The position numbers and the translations under genes were made by a program. Shown one piece after another: positions 1 to 12,551 of a stretch of 64,000 bases of DNA. Under the pieces are notes generated by a model, which saw only the letters and a program-made list of their open reading frames with translations, was not told where the DNA came from and made no database searches. This stretch comes from Chrysomallon squamiferum. Its lineage: Eukaryota; Animalia; Mollusca. The stretch spans positions 7,564,001 through 7,628,000 of the forward strand of contig CM022672.1 in NCBI GenBank assembly GCA_012295275.1, read 5' to 3'. Within the stretch, counting starts at the first letter, position 1; every line of letters starts with the position of its first letter.

Positions 1-957
1 AATACGAATTGTTTTATAGAGTAACAAACATAGTTACTTGAAATTATATGTCTTTATAAGCATCTTCCAGTATTTTTATTTTTCTGTTGATGTCTTCATC
101 AAACGTTTTATACCTTCTTAATAAGAACTTTTTCCTTTTCTGTGTTATTTTTCTGATGTCCCTGAAAGCTCAATTTTATTTCATTTTACTTTAGCTTAAA
201 TTCATGTATATCTGGTTTTATTGAAAATTATGTCATAAAGAGTTATTAAAATATTTGTGGATATGAACGTTGTTACTGTGGCGTTATTAATTTAATGAGA
301 ATGCTGATTAACACGAATAACAAAAACAAAAATATTACTGCTCTTTATTATATTCACAACAGTAGAAAGTATGAAAACTTGACACCATATTTTTGTGAAC
401 CTTTTGTAAAATAATGACAACAATAACAATTACAACAACGACGACGAACAATAATAAATTCTGCGACAATGAGTCGAGAGAATGTTGTTTAATGGTTCTT
501 ACCTTTTGTGTATGGGGGGGTGTCTCTTTTTAAGAAAGTGTTTCTTTATTTTACCGTACGATTAAAATATTTATAATCAAATTATTATCAATATTATAGT
601 TATTTACACAGTGTAAAAATATATATTAAGAAAGAGAGAGAGAGAATTTTTTTTTTTTTTTTTTTTTTTTCAAAAGGATTTCAGTCTTTGTTTCATAAAG
701 CTATAATTCCGCTGAAGGCAAACTAAAGACTGCATAATTTAGTGAAATGTTGGAGAGTGTGCGTGTGTGTGTGTACTAAGATAAGTGAAAAAAAAACACT
801 GGACATTTTTTCATTTGTGATATTATTTCGGAGACATACTGAATTAACTAGTTACGATGTAAGTTAATGGTTAGGTTTCACTGACATTTTTATTCAGCAT
901 TAACTCTCTTGATACGATCACATAATTTAAAATAATTTTTTAATTTTCTTCCTTTTC

Positions 958-960
<3 letters not shown>

Positions 961-1011
<51 letters not shown>
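961..1011. repeat. (TA)n microsatellite
   Basis: Direct reading. Confidence 0.95.
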
Positions 1012-1015
<4 letters not shown>

Positions 1016-1616
1016 TCTATATTCGCAGAATCTTTATTTATATCTATTGTTATTATTATTATTATTATACATCCATTTTATTATTATTATTATTATACAT
1101 ACATACACACACATACACAAAAACACGCATACAAAAAATAGAAGAACCAATGTTGGTCTACAATTCTTAGTAGACAAAGATAACAAAAGTACAAATAAAC
1201 TTTGGAGATAATGTAATTAAATAATCGATTATGTTTTACCGTAGATGAATATGTGGTTATATATAAAATCAATTAGTTACCTGTCTACCATTAACCTCAG
1301 ATGAAAAGACACTGGGCTATCTGTAAAATCGTAAAATCAAGTTTCCCTGAATAACCGTGCTTTTCTGATAACAAGACATCCGATTCATTATAAATGTCAT
1401 TGATTTAAAGACAATAGGATAGGCATCGATAATTACTGGATCAAAGAGTCTTATCTAATTGCAAACTGACGATTTCACATTTACGATTACGCAAATACAA
1501 ATTACTGGTACAAAGCAAGTTGTTGCAGCGGATCACAAACATCTTGACGGAAAATAAAAGGGAGGAAGAAACTGCTTTCGTTTTCCGCATTCCTTTATGA
1601 TAGACGATTATCCATA

Positions 1617-3991
1617 ATGCTTACCAGAAGGGAAAAGCTCCTTTCGCGTTTTCAAGGTACTTTGGTGGGTGCTGTTGTCGGAGACTGTATTGGTGGAGTA
1701 TTTGAGGGTTTAAGGGGCCCAGTGGAACTTGACCGGATTTTAAAGCAGGTCGAAGATCTTGAACAGGGTGGGTGGTGTTGACTACTGTAAGTAAAATGGA
1801 AACAAATACAGTGGTATCTTAACATACGAGTTTAATTCGTTCCGTGACACGAGCTCGTAAATTAAATTTGCTCGTATATCAAATCAATTTTCCCAAATGA
1901 AATTAGTTGAAATACCATTAATCCGTTTCTTCCCCTCAAAAGCCACCCCAATTATTTCTAAAGTGTTTAAATAAGAAAAACGTATGAACAAAAGTCAAGT
2001 ATTGCATAAAAACAAAATAAAAGAGAATGTAAAGAAATGTAAAATCTACAGGGTTAGGGTTTCTCCATCTCTTCATGGACAGAAGTCCTAAGCTTAGAAC
2101 ATTTTTTAAGGCGTTTGGCTGTACATACAGCCTTAGTCGACTCCTCCTGCTTCAGGACGGTACATATCGTAAAAGTATTCCCTCGTACTGTCTAGCCACC
2201 TTGACTACATGCACGTTTTTCTATGAATTCAAGCTTTAATGCAATGGAGATCATCCGCTTCTTCTTCTCAGTACTGTCCTTTGCACTCACTTTCTTAGGA
2301 TCCTTGGAAATTTGGCATATACCGCATACAACGCGAGCACAACACAATAGAGATGCAAGATGCTGGGCGAATGTTGTGTTGTTCGTTGCGCCAACTAGCG
2401 GCGGCGTATCTGAATCTAGCTTGCAACTCAAAGCAAAAAATAGACCGCGCGGCTGATCGTAACTCGGAAAATTCGTAAGATAGAGCATTCGTAACTCGAG
2501 GTACCAGTGTACTTTATTTATATACTTAATATACCTCTATATGTATGTGACAAAACTTTCAGAATTATTATTTTCCTAAAACATCATACATCATTAGATA
2601 GAGCAAAAAAATAATATTAGAATGACACCAAGATCTGTTTGATAATATTGATTCGAAAAAGTTACGAATTTGTATCGGAATAAAATTTGCGGGTGATTTT
2701 CCTTCATAATGATAATCTGCTCAGAAAGTGTGATCCGTTTCTGTCATTTTGCAGTATAAATACTGAATATCTGATATAGCTTCAATCCACTTTACATGTG
2801 TTATATAGCAAAATGAAGCTTTTTATGAGTTCTAAACCTGTATTGTATTTTTAAGCAAGTTGCTAATACTCATAAATTTTAATTATTTAATCGAACTAAT
2901 TAGCTGAAATTTACCGTACGCCAATGTTTGTCAACACGGGTCTGATGTCACGTGACCTGAACTGATTTGTCGTTATGTATCCTCTGAATCTCCGGCTTTT
3001 GCGTACGCATTGAGTGTTTTGTAAAAAAAATATATATATATTATTTATTTATTTATTTATTACGTAATTATTTTATGTTTGATTTTGGTGTTACAGAGTA
3101 TGAATTACTAAAAGATGGAGAGAAACCAGATCTTCTGCCATATACAGATGACACAGCCATGGCTCGGAGAGTTGCTAAATCTCTGGTGGAAAAGAAGAAG
3201 CTGGATCTGAAAGACTTAGCAAAACAGTAAATAAACACAAAATGTTGTCCTCATCAATCAGGAGCTTATATATATCAACATGTTATTATGATTTAAACTG
3301 GACAAGTCCTGTCCAAATTGTAGTCATTAACAAGAATTGTGATCTTTCAAGCAGTTTTCTCAACAATAAACAAATTTATTTTCTTTTGGTATTATTTGAG
3401 TCCGAATGATGTATATATTGTTTTCGAAATCTTTATTTAAAAAATACATTCTGATAACTTCTCTTCAGATTTTGTGAAGACTATTTCAATGAACCTGGCC
3501 GAGGGTATGGTGGAAATGTGGTCAATGTTTTTAAAGCTTTGAGTGAACCTGGTCTTGTTGGTGTGTTGAGGCCAGCTAGGGAACAGTTTGATGGTGAAGG
3601 TTCCTATGGTAACGGAGGCTGTATGAGAATCTCCCCAGCTGCATTGTTTGCTTTTAGTGATAAATTTGAAACGCTGCAGGTTGGCTGGAATAATTTGTAT
3701 GAAACCTTTAAAAAAAGATAATTTTTACAGATACTAAAACGTTTTTTTATAATCATTGTTTGTATTTGTGATGAGATTTCTGAGAAGATATAAACAGATA
3801 AGATGTGTGTGTGCGTGTGTGCAAATGCATGCATGCAAACACATACACACATACATACATACATACAAGGTGTCTCAAAATATATACACACATCCTGCTA
3901 CAATTAATGAGTTGAAAATGTGATGTATTGTTAATAAATCAAAGAGTGCATACATAGTACTGGGACACCATAAGAGAGTGTGTATATTTAT

Positions 3992-4040
<49 letters not shown>

Positions 4041-6172
4041 TATATATATATGTTCTTCTTTTTTTAATTCAGGCTATTTCAATCATTATTTTTTTAACAA
4101 ATCAAAGAGTGTATGTATTTTATTGAGACACATTGTACATATATGTATGTATGCATACATATTTTGTTTTGTTTTCTAATTCAGGATATTTCTGTGAAGA
4201 TAACTCAGATAACACACTCACACCCACAGGCTGTCCAGGGAGCTGTGTTTCAGAGCAGTGCAGTCGACCTTGCCCTTCGACTTGACAACACAAAAAAAGT
4301 CAACACCAGTAAGTTTATTGAAAAACTCAAAAAGCGGATAAAACCACTGGAAAAAGGTTACAAGTCAAAAAAACACAAAAAGTCAAAAAGGTTTGTCAAT
4401 TCATTTGGGAATAACTTTAAATTTATAATACACATGTTATAGCAAACTGATATATATATTATTTAGTAAGGAAGATGTTTGACTACCCAGGTTAATATCC
4501 AGGGCCGGGTTGTAATAAACAGAATACCGTGGTAAGTCCTGTCATGTCATAAATCAAAGTAAATGTTAAAGAAACTTTGCTGCAGCTGTGGATATTAATC
4601 TGAATATACGTAACATTACATTTGAACAAACTCACCAGCTCAGTTAATTTCATAATTACTATACATGACAGAACTTGCCACAGTAGTTAACAAGATGTGA
4701 AATAATTCCATGTAGTTAATGCTGATATACCACAAGTGATGAAAATTTAAAATTATATATATATATTTTTTTTTTTTCTAAGTTTAAAATACATGCTCAT
4801 GCATAGATAAATCTTTTAATGGATACAGGCATTGTGTATATTTTCTGCATGTTAGAAAATAATTATAATGGGTTTTTTTTAATTCTTATATCTAATTAAT
4901 TAAGTACAGTCCATTCAAGTAAAACAGTGGTTTACTCATTTGTGTATGTGATATACATAATACTGATGTTTGTTGATAAATATAAACTTACAGTCTGGAT
5001 ACTTATTGTTCCAAGCTGAAAAAGATTAAAGAATTCCTACGAAGAACAGATGTGACTCCAACAGAAGTTAAGGAAACTCTGGGTAAAACATTTATTAATA
5101 CAAATACTCTGCTTTAACTTTATATATATATATCTAGGTCACCATTTCAAATGAAAATTAAGAAAAGTATTTTTCTATAGACCTGACTCAAAGAAAGCCT
5201 TTATAATGTGAATCACTGATTAAAGAAAAAAAAAAAAAAATGTCTAAATTTGAATTATTTTTATTTTGCTAAAATTCATTTTGCTTTTCATTCTAACCAT
5301 TTATAAAAAAAAAAAAAAAAAAAAAAAAATATTTTCAGATTTAACTACTGTTCTTTTCATTCCCATCAAGAATACCAAGAAAAAATTCACATTTTTAATT
5401 TTACGATATGCAAAGCTGTGAAAAAGAAATACATACACATATGTACATTGTTGATAATTAATTAATTTTTTTTTTTTTTCAGGTAATGATATCTCTGCAT
5501 TAGGGTCAGCACCAACAGCTGTCTACTCATTTCTCAAGGCTCTCAAACCAATCAGTGGAATTGAAGTGAGACTTTCAGCATTTTAATTTTATACTCTGCA
5601 GTTTGCCTGTGTTATCCAGAATTTAATTTTTTGACTTACAGATCAGTTTTATTTTTATTAAAATACATTAATCAGTTATTAAATACACAATTTTTAAAAA
5701 GACATAAATCTATTTTGAATGGGTTGTGAAAAGAATAATTTTTTTTTTAAATTTTAATAATTATAATTATCAATATATTTTCTTTTTTTATTGTTTGTTA
5801 TAGGCTTTTTTTTTTTAATTGTTTATTTATTAAATGTTATTTTATTTTATTTTATTTTTTCATTTCATCTGATCATTATTATTTTGGGAGGGTATGTCTT
5901 AAAAATGCAAATTAATCAAATTAAATTTGTTATTGCTTTTTTGAACATTTATGTTGCAGAACAGGAATGGATTTGAAAGGACTATAATCTATGCCATTCA
6001 CATGGGAGGTGACACTGATACCATAGCAACAATGGCTGGGGCCATTGCAGGAGCTTTCTATGGATTAGAAGCTATTCCAAAATCCTGGCAGGCATGTTGT
6101 GAGGGAACAGAAGATGCCAAGAAATATGCTGAGCAATTATTGGATTTACATGAAACTACTCAAAAACATTAA
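1617..6172 (+). CDS. ADPRS: ADP-ribosylhydrolase ARH3-like, copy 1. Seven exons: 1617-1767, 3097-3226, 3469-3679, 4185-4390, 4994-5082, 5483-5565, 5960-6172
   Basis: Manual splicing at GT-AG with consistent phases gives an open frame. It carries the ARH3-family motifs RFQGTLVGAVVGDCIG..FE, YTDDTAM, RGYG, GSYGNGGCMRISP, ITHSH and GGDTDTIATMAGAIAGA. Confidence 0.92.
1809..2509. mobile_element. Non-autonomous Tc1/mariner (pogo/Tigger-like) element in ARH3 copy 1 intron 1
   Basis: TA|CAGTGGTATCT ... AGGTACCAGTG|TA gives imperfect TIRs with a TA duplication. It is absent from copy 2, and a homolog lies at ~56460-57097. Confidence 0.75.
3993..4050. repeat. (CA)n/(TA)n microsatellite
   Basis: Direct reading. 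Confidence 0.95.
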
Positions 6173-7877
6173 CAGATTATTAATTTTACTTTGATAATTT
6201 CAGGATTGAAAATATAATATATTTAATACTTAGTATAACTGAGTTTTTAGCTTGAAAAGCAGTTAATTTAGCTGTCTTGTATAAAACAAAGACATTAAAT
6301 TCAGTCCTAACTGTTACTAACACTTGGCAGAAAGTTAACATTGACATTTAATGTCATTTAGGCAGCTTGTTTCTTTTCCACTTCCATATGCTTCTTCTGT
6401 ACTGGAATACAACAAATTAAACTATATAATATTCAAAAAAATATTTTTATCAGTACTTACATTTCAGAACAGGTCAGTGTTCAAGTAAGAATTATTTTCA
6501 GTTATTAGGAAACATCTCTTTTATCTTTGACATGTGACAGCACTGCAACTGCTTCACTGACACGAGACACCAGCACAGAGCAATACAGAAAACAAACAGG
6601 AGTAAACACATTATCCACATTATTAAGTTGTTGTTTTAATATTACTGTTTAAGAAACAGTATTCTGTGATACATTTGATGGAAGTTTGTATTGTATAGTT
6701 TGTTGATATATATATTTTTATATATGTTTGTAAATAGTTAACCACTGCCATAGATCTCATAAAATATTATGTATATTATATGCCTCTATGTGTTTTATTT
6801 CAAACATCATTAGGTTCTCACTTTTTACTTTTTTTATAAAGAATATGCCATTGTAATCCAGATTAAAATAATTAACACAGATTTAATCAGATTACAGATT
6901 TTATTAAAAGCTGCAGTACTATATTTTATTTAGATATTACCACTACTTAACAAGATTGTGAATTATTTTAAACAGTATGATATATGTGATAAAATGTGTT
7001 GTTTTTTAAATAAAATCTATATTCATTATATAAGTTTGTTTCACTTGATATTCTGTTACAAAAACAAACAAAACTATATGCATCTTTTAGTTATTTAATA
7101 TCAAAATATTTTAATTTATATTTTTATCTTCACAAATCCTAGTTGTCTGCAATTAGTTTTCATTGTGAAATATGTTCTCTCTTTTTTTTTTTTTTTTTTT
7201 TTTTTTCTTGTTTCTTCTTTTTTCTAAAACAGAAACAGTCTGTGGTTATTTTCATGATATAATCCAGGTTTATCTTCACAGTCTGTGGACAGGGATGTTT
7301 TCTTTCAACAGTGAACTGATACTGTTTTATTCATGCACACACCGCACACGCATACACAAAAACATATACACACACACACACAAGAACACACATTCAAAAA
7401 ACATACACACATAAAAATATCAGAACCAATGTTAGCCTACTACTGTTAGTAGACAAAGTCAACAAAAGTAAAAATAAAATTTGCAGATAATGTTTGTCGA
7501 TAATAGATGATTATGTAGTTAAATAGCTAATTAATTATTTACCTATCTACCATACATCCCAGGTAAAAAGAGAAATGGGCTATGAGTTTGTAGAATCGTA
7601 AAATCAAGAGTTATTTCATCAATAACCATTCTTTTCTGGTAACACTAAATCACACTCATTTAAAGACAATAATATATGCATCGATAATCACTGGATCATA
7701 GAATATTATGTCATTGCAAACTGACGATTTCATTTTGAGTATGCATCCTCGGTAAAAATAAATTACTGGTACAAAGCAAGTTGGTGCTGCGGATCACAAA
7801 TACTTTGACAGAAAATAAAACGGAAGAAGAAACAGCTTTCGTTTTCCACACTCGTTTTTTGTTGACGATTTTCCTTA

Positions 7878-10800
7878 ATGCTTACAAGACGTGCAATGCG
7901 TCTTTTGCGTTTTCAGGGTAGTTTGGTGGGTGCTGTTGTCGGAGACTGTATTGGTGGAGTATTTGAGGTTATTTGGGGCCCGGTGGAACTTGGCCCGATT
8001 TTAAAGCAGGTCGAAGATCTTGAAAAGAGTAGGTGGTGTTGACTACAACAGGGGTTTTCAAACTTTTTGACTTGCGGACCCCTTTATATTTCAGGCTTTA
8101 CCTTAGGGACCCCCTTATAAACGCTTATGAAATTTATAATAAATATTTGCTTAAAATAACATATATAAAATCAAACTGCCCATAAAAAGTATTCGCTGTC
8201 CACGGACCCCCTGTCTTGTACTTGCGGACCACAGTTTGAAAACCCCTGGACTACAACTATTAATGTAGTTATACCATAACACAATAAGTGAAAGTGAAAT
8301 AAATAGTTTGTTATTTACAGCTTTGTTAAACTTAAAGGCATTTTCAATATTCCACAGCATTAGTCAACATTTCTCTAAACATTGTTGAAGTAATTGTATT
8401 TACATTTTAGATGTGACATTCATTTGTTTTTACAAACAAAACAAAAATAAATAAATAAACAGAAATATATACAAATCGACAGACATACATGCACACAGAT
8501 ACATAGATGTAAATATATAACATAAAGATATAAATTTATAGATACAAATACCAATTTTGTACATAAACTACTAGAATACATACTGGACAGAGTGCTTCTA
8601 CAAATATAGATTAATTCATAAACACTAGAACACAAGTATATGCAGAAACTAACCTATGGATATAAACACAATACACAAAGTACACTGCTAATGATTTATA
8701 TGAATGTGATACTAGACACAGTTTTATAATTATTATAACACTATCAAAATAAGTGTAATATTTATGATAGTAATAAAATACATAACTACAAAGTTATGAA
8801 CATAATTATGTTTTGAGATATTCAGAATAGCAGACATTTGTATTTTTTAAATTTTATTATAAAATTTATTATTTATTTCATGTTTGTTTTCACGATTGTA
8901 GAGAATCGGTTAATAAATGAATGGCAAAATACAAATTGTATTACAAATATTTAATTTTTTTATTATATATATATATAAATAAATAAACATATATATATAT
9001 TTATTTATTTTATTTATTTATTTATTACGTAATTATTTTATGTTTGATTTTGGTGTTACAGAGTATGAATTACTAAAAGATGGAAAGAAACCACATCTTC
9101 TGCCATATACAGATGACACAGCCATGGCTCGGAGAGTTGCTAAATCTCTGGTGGAAAAAAAGAAGCTGGATCTGAAAGACTTAGCAAAACAGTAAATAAA
9201 CACAAAATGTTGTCCTCATCATTCAGGAGCTTATATATCAACATGTTATTATGATTTAAACTGGACCAGTCAGGTCCAAATTGTAGTCATTAACAAGAAT
9301 TGTGATCTTTCAAGCAGTTTTCTCAACAATAAACAAATTTATTTTCTTTTGGTATTACTTGAGTCCAAATGATGTATATATTGTTTTCGAAATCTTTATT
9401 TAAAAAATACATTCTGATAACTTCTCTTCAGATTTTGTGAAGACTATTTCAATGAACCTGGCCGAGGGTATGGTGGAAATGTGGTCAATGTTTTTAAAGC
9501 TTTGAGTGAACCTGGTCTTGTTGATGTGTTGAGGCCAGCTAGGGAACAGTTTGATGGTGAAGGTTCCTATGGTAACGGAGGCTGTATGAGAATCTCCCCA
9601 GCTGCATTGTTTGCTTTTAGTGATAAATTTGAAAAGCTGCAGGTTGGCTGGAATAATTTGTATGAAACTTTTAAAAAAAAGATAATTTTTACAAATACTA
9701 AAACGTTTTTGTCTAATTTAAAAAAAAAAAAATTGTCAGTGATGAGATTTCTGATAAGATTATTCATATAAAACAGACAAGCTCTGTGTAAACACACACA
9801 CACACACACACACACACACCCAGGGTGTCTCAATAAAATATATACACACAGCTTGCTACAATTAATAAGTTGAAAATGAATGTATGCAAATACACATTGG
9901 AGTGTATACATTTTACTGAGACACATTGTACATATATGTATGTATGTATACATATTTTGTTTTGTTTTCTAATTCAGGATATTTCTGTGAAGATAACTCA
10001 GATAACACACTCACACCCACAGGCTGTCCAGGGAGCTGTGTTACAGAGCAGTGCAGTCGACCTTGCCCTTCGACTTGACAACAAACAAGAAGTCAACACT
10101 GACAGGTTCATTGACAAACTCATTGAGCGGATAAAACCACTGGAAGAAAGTTACAAGTCAAAAAACCACACAAAGACTTCTAAAAGCAAAAAGTCAAAAA
10201 GGTCTGTTAATTCATTTGGGAATATTTTTGAATTTATAATACACTGATATACATGTTATAGCAAACTTATATATATAATATGTAGTAAGGAATATTTTAT
10301 ATCTTCTTGACTATGTAGGTTAATATCCAGGACTGGGTTGTAATAAACAGAATACCGTGGTAAGTCCTATCATGTCATAAATCAAAGTAAATGTTAAAGA
10401 AACTTTGCTGCTACGTAACATAATATTTGAACAAACTCATCAGCTCAGCTAATAAATAATTAGTAGACACAACAAAACGTACAACAGTAATTAACAAGAT
10501 GTGATAAAATCCTGAATAACAATGATGAAAATTTAAAATTATATATATATATAATTTTAATTTTTATTTTTCATTGTGTTAAAATACAAGCTCTTGCATA
10601 GATAAATCTTTTACTGGATAAATCCATTATTTATGTTTTCACCCATGGTAGAAAATATATATATATATCTAATTAACTACAGTCTATGTAAGTGAAATAG
10701 TAGGATTCAAATTTGTATATGTGATATACATAATACTGGTATTTGCTGATACATATACAATTACAGACTGGATACATACTGTTCCAAACTGGAAAAGATC

Positions 10801-11785
10801 AGAGAATTCCTACAAAGGACAGATGTGACTCCAGCAGAAGTTGAGGAAACTCTGGGTAAAATATTTTATTAACACATGCTTTAAATTTATTTATATAGGT
10901 CAACATTTCATGTGAAAATTAAGAAAAGCATTTTGCTACAGACCCTGCTAAAAAAAACGCTCTGAAAAGAACATGTTTTTTAAACCTTCTCCCCCTTGCC
11001 CGTATAATATGAATCACTGATTAAGGGGGAAAAAAACTTAAATAAAAATATAATTTTCTTTTTTTCAGGTAATGCTATTTAAAAATATTAATAAATATTT
11101 TTGTATTTTCAGGTAATGATATCTCTGCATTAGGGTCAGCACCAACAGCCGTCTACTCATTTCTCAAGGCTCTTAAACCAATCAATGGAATTGAAGTGAG
11201 ACTTTTTTTAATTTTATACTCTCCAGTTTGCCTGTGTTATCCAGAATTTAATTTTTCAACTTACAGATCAGTTTTATTTTTATTAAAATACATTAATCAG
11301 TTATTAAATACACAATTTAAAAAAAGACATAAATCTATTTTGAATGGTTATGAAAAGAATATATATATTTTTTTTTTTTAAACTATAATATCAATATATT
11401 TTCGTTTTTTTATTGTTGATTTATTAAAAATTATTTATTAAATTGTTTTTTTTTTTTTTTTTTTAAATTTGATTGTTTTTTTAATTTTTAATTTTATTTT
11501 GTTATGGGAGGGTCTGTCTTAAGAATGCAAACTAACAAAACTTAGTTGTTTTTTTTCTAATTTATGTTGCAGAACAGGAATGGATTTGAAAGGACTATAA
11601 TCTATGCCATTCACATGGGAGGTGACACTGATACCATAGCAACAATGGCTGGGGCCACTGCGGGAGCTTTCTATGGACTAGAAGCTATTCCAAAATCCTG
11701 GCAGGCGTGTTGCGAGGGAACGGAAGATGCCAAGAAATATGCTGAACAATTACTGGATTTACAGATTCAAACTACTCGAGTCTAA
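7878..11785 (+). CDS. ADPRS: ADP-ribosylhydrolase ARH3-like, copy 2. Seven exons: 7878-8028, 9062-9191, 9432-9642, 9978-10201, 10767-10855, 11113-11195, 11573-11785
   Basis: Exon sizes and phases match copy 1, except exon 4 is 18 nt longer. The TDDT and DTDT metal-binding motifs are intact and I saw no stops or frameshifts. Confidence 0.92.
8049..8248. mobile_element. 200-bp hAT-type MITE in ARH3 copy 2 intron 1
   Basis: TIR CAGGGGTTTTCAAACT at both ends, with a perfect 8-bp TSD GACTACAA (8041-8048 and 8249-8256). Confidence 0.9.
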
Positions 11786-12551
11786 AATTTGAGAATCAAA
11801 AATATTAATAGATGTTTTATCTTACTTTGTTAATTTCAGTGTAAGAAATGTATTATATTTCATACTTAGTATACCTGAGTATTCTTGTTTCAAAAGCAGT
11901 GATTCAGTCCTTACAGTTTAAGACATGATATTCTGTGATTTCATTAAGATCCATTAGATGGGATATTTTTCATATATATTTTTTACTTATGTTTGTATAG
12001 AATTACCATCTACTACACGTCTCATAAAATATATGTATATTATATATATCTATGCTTTTTATTTCAGACATTATTAAAATCTCATCTTTTTCTTTTTTTA
12101 TAAAGAATATGCTTTGTAATCTGGATTAAAATAATTAACTCAGATTTAATCAGATTATATATGTTTTATTTAGATATTACAATTATTTAATAAGATGTAT
12201 ATTAAACACTAGTACGAAATGTGATAATTGTTGTTTTTAAACAAAATGTATATTCATTATACAAGTTTCACTTTCACTTGATATTCTGTATTAAAAAACC
12301 CACAAAAAACAAAATCTAAATGCATCTTTTAGTTACTTGGATCAAAATTTTTAATTTATATTTTTATCTTCACAAATCCTAGTTGTCTACAATTAATTTT
12401 CATTGTGAAATATGTTCTTTTCTTTTTCTTTTTTTTTTCATTTTCTAAAACAGAAACAGTCTGTGGTTATTTTCATGATATAATCCAGGTTCTTGTCACA
12501 GTGTGTGGACAGGGACATTTTCTTTCAACAGTGAACTGATACTGATACTGC

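Larger units (their letters stand above)
1090..12550. repeat. Tandem segmental duplication carrying ARH3 (units ~1090-7325 and ~7330-12550)
   Basis: Homology covers the upstream region (1140-1620 vs 7420-7880), the gene and the downstream region (6700-7325 vs 11980-12545). Confidence 0.9.

Noticed and set aside
2192-2488. ORFs 2192-2488, 2223-2456 and 56606-56980 that resemble one another
   Set aside because: They lie within two copies of a non-autonomous DNA transposon, and their frames are not conserved between copies.
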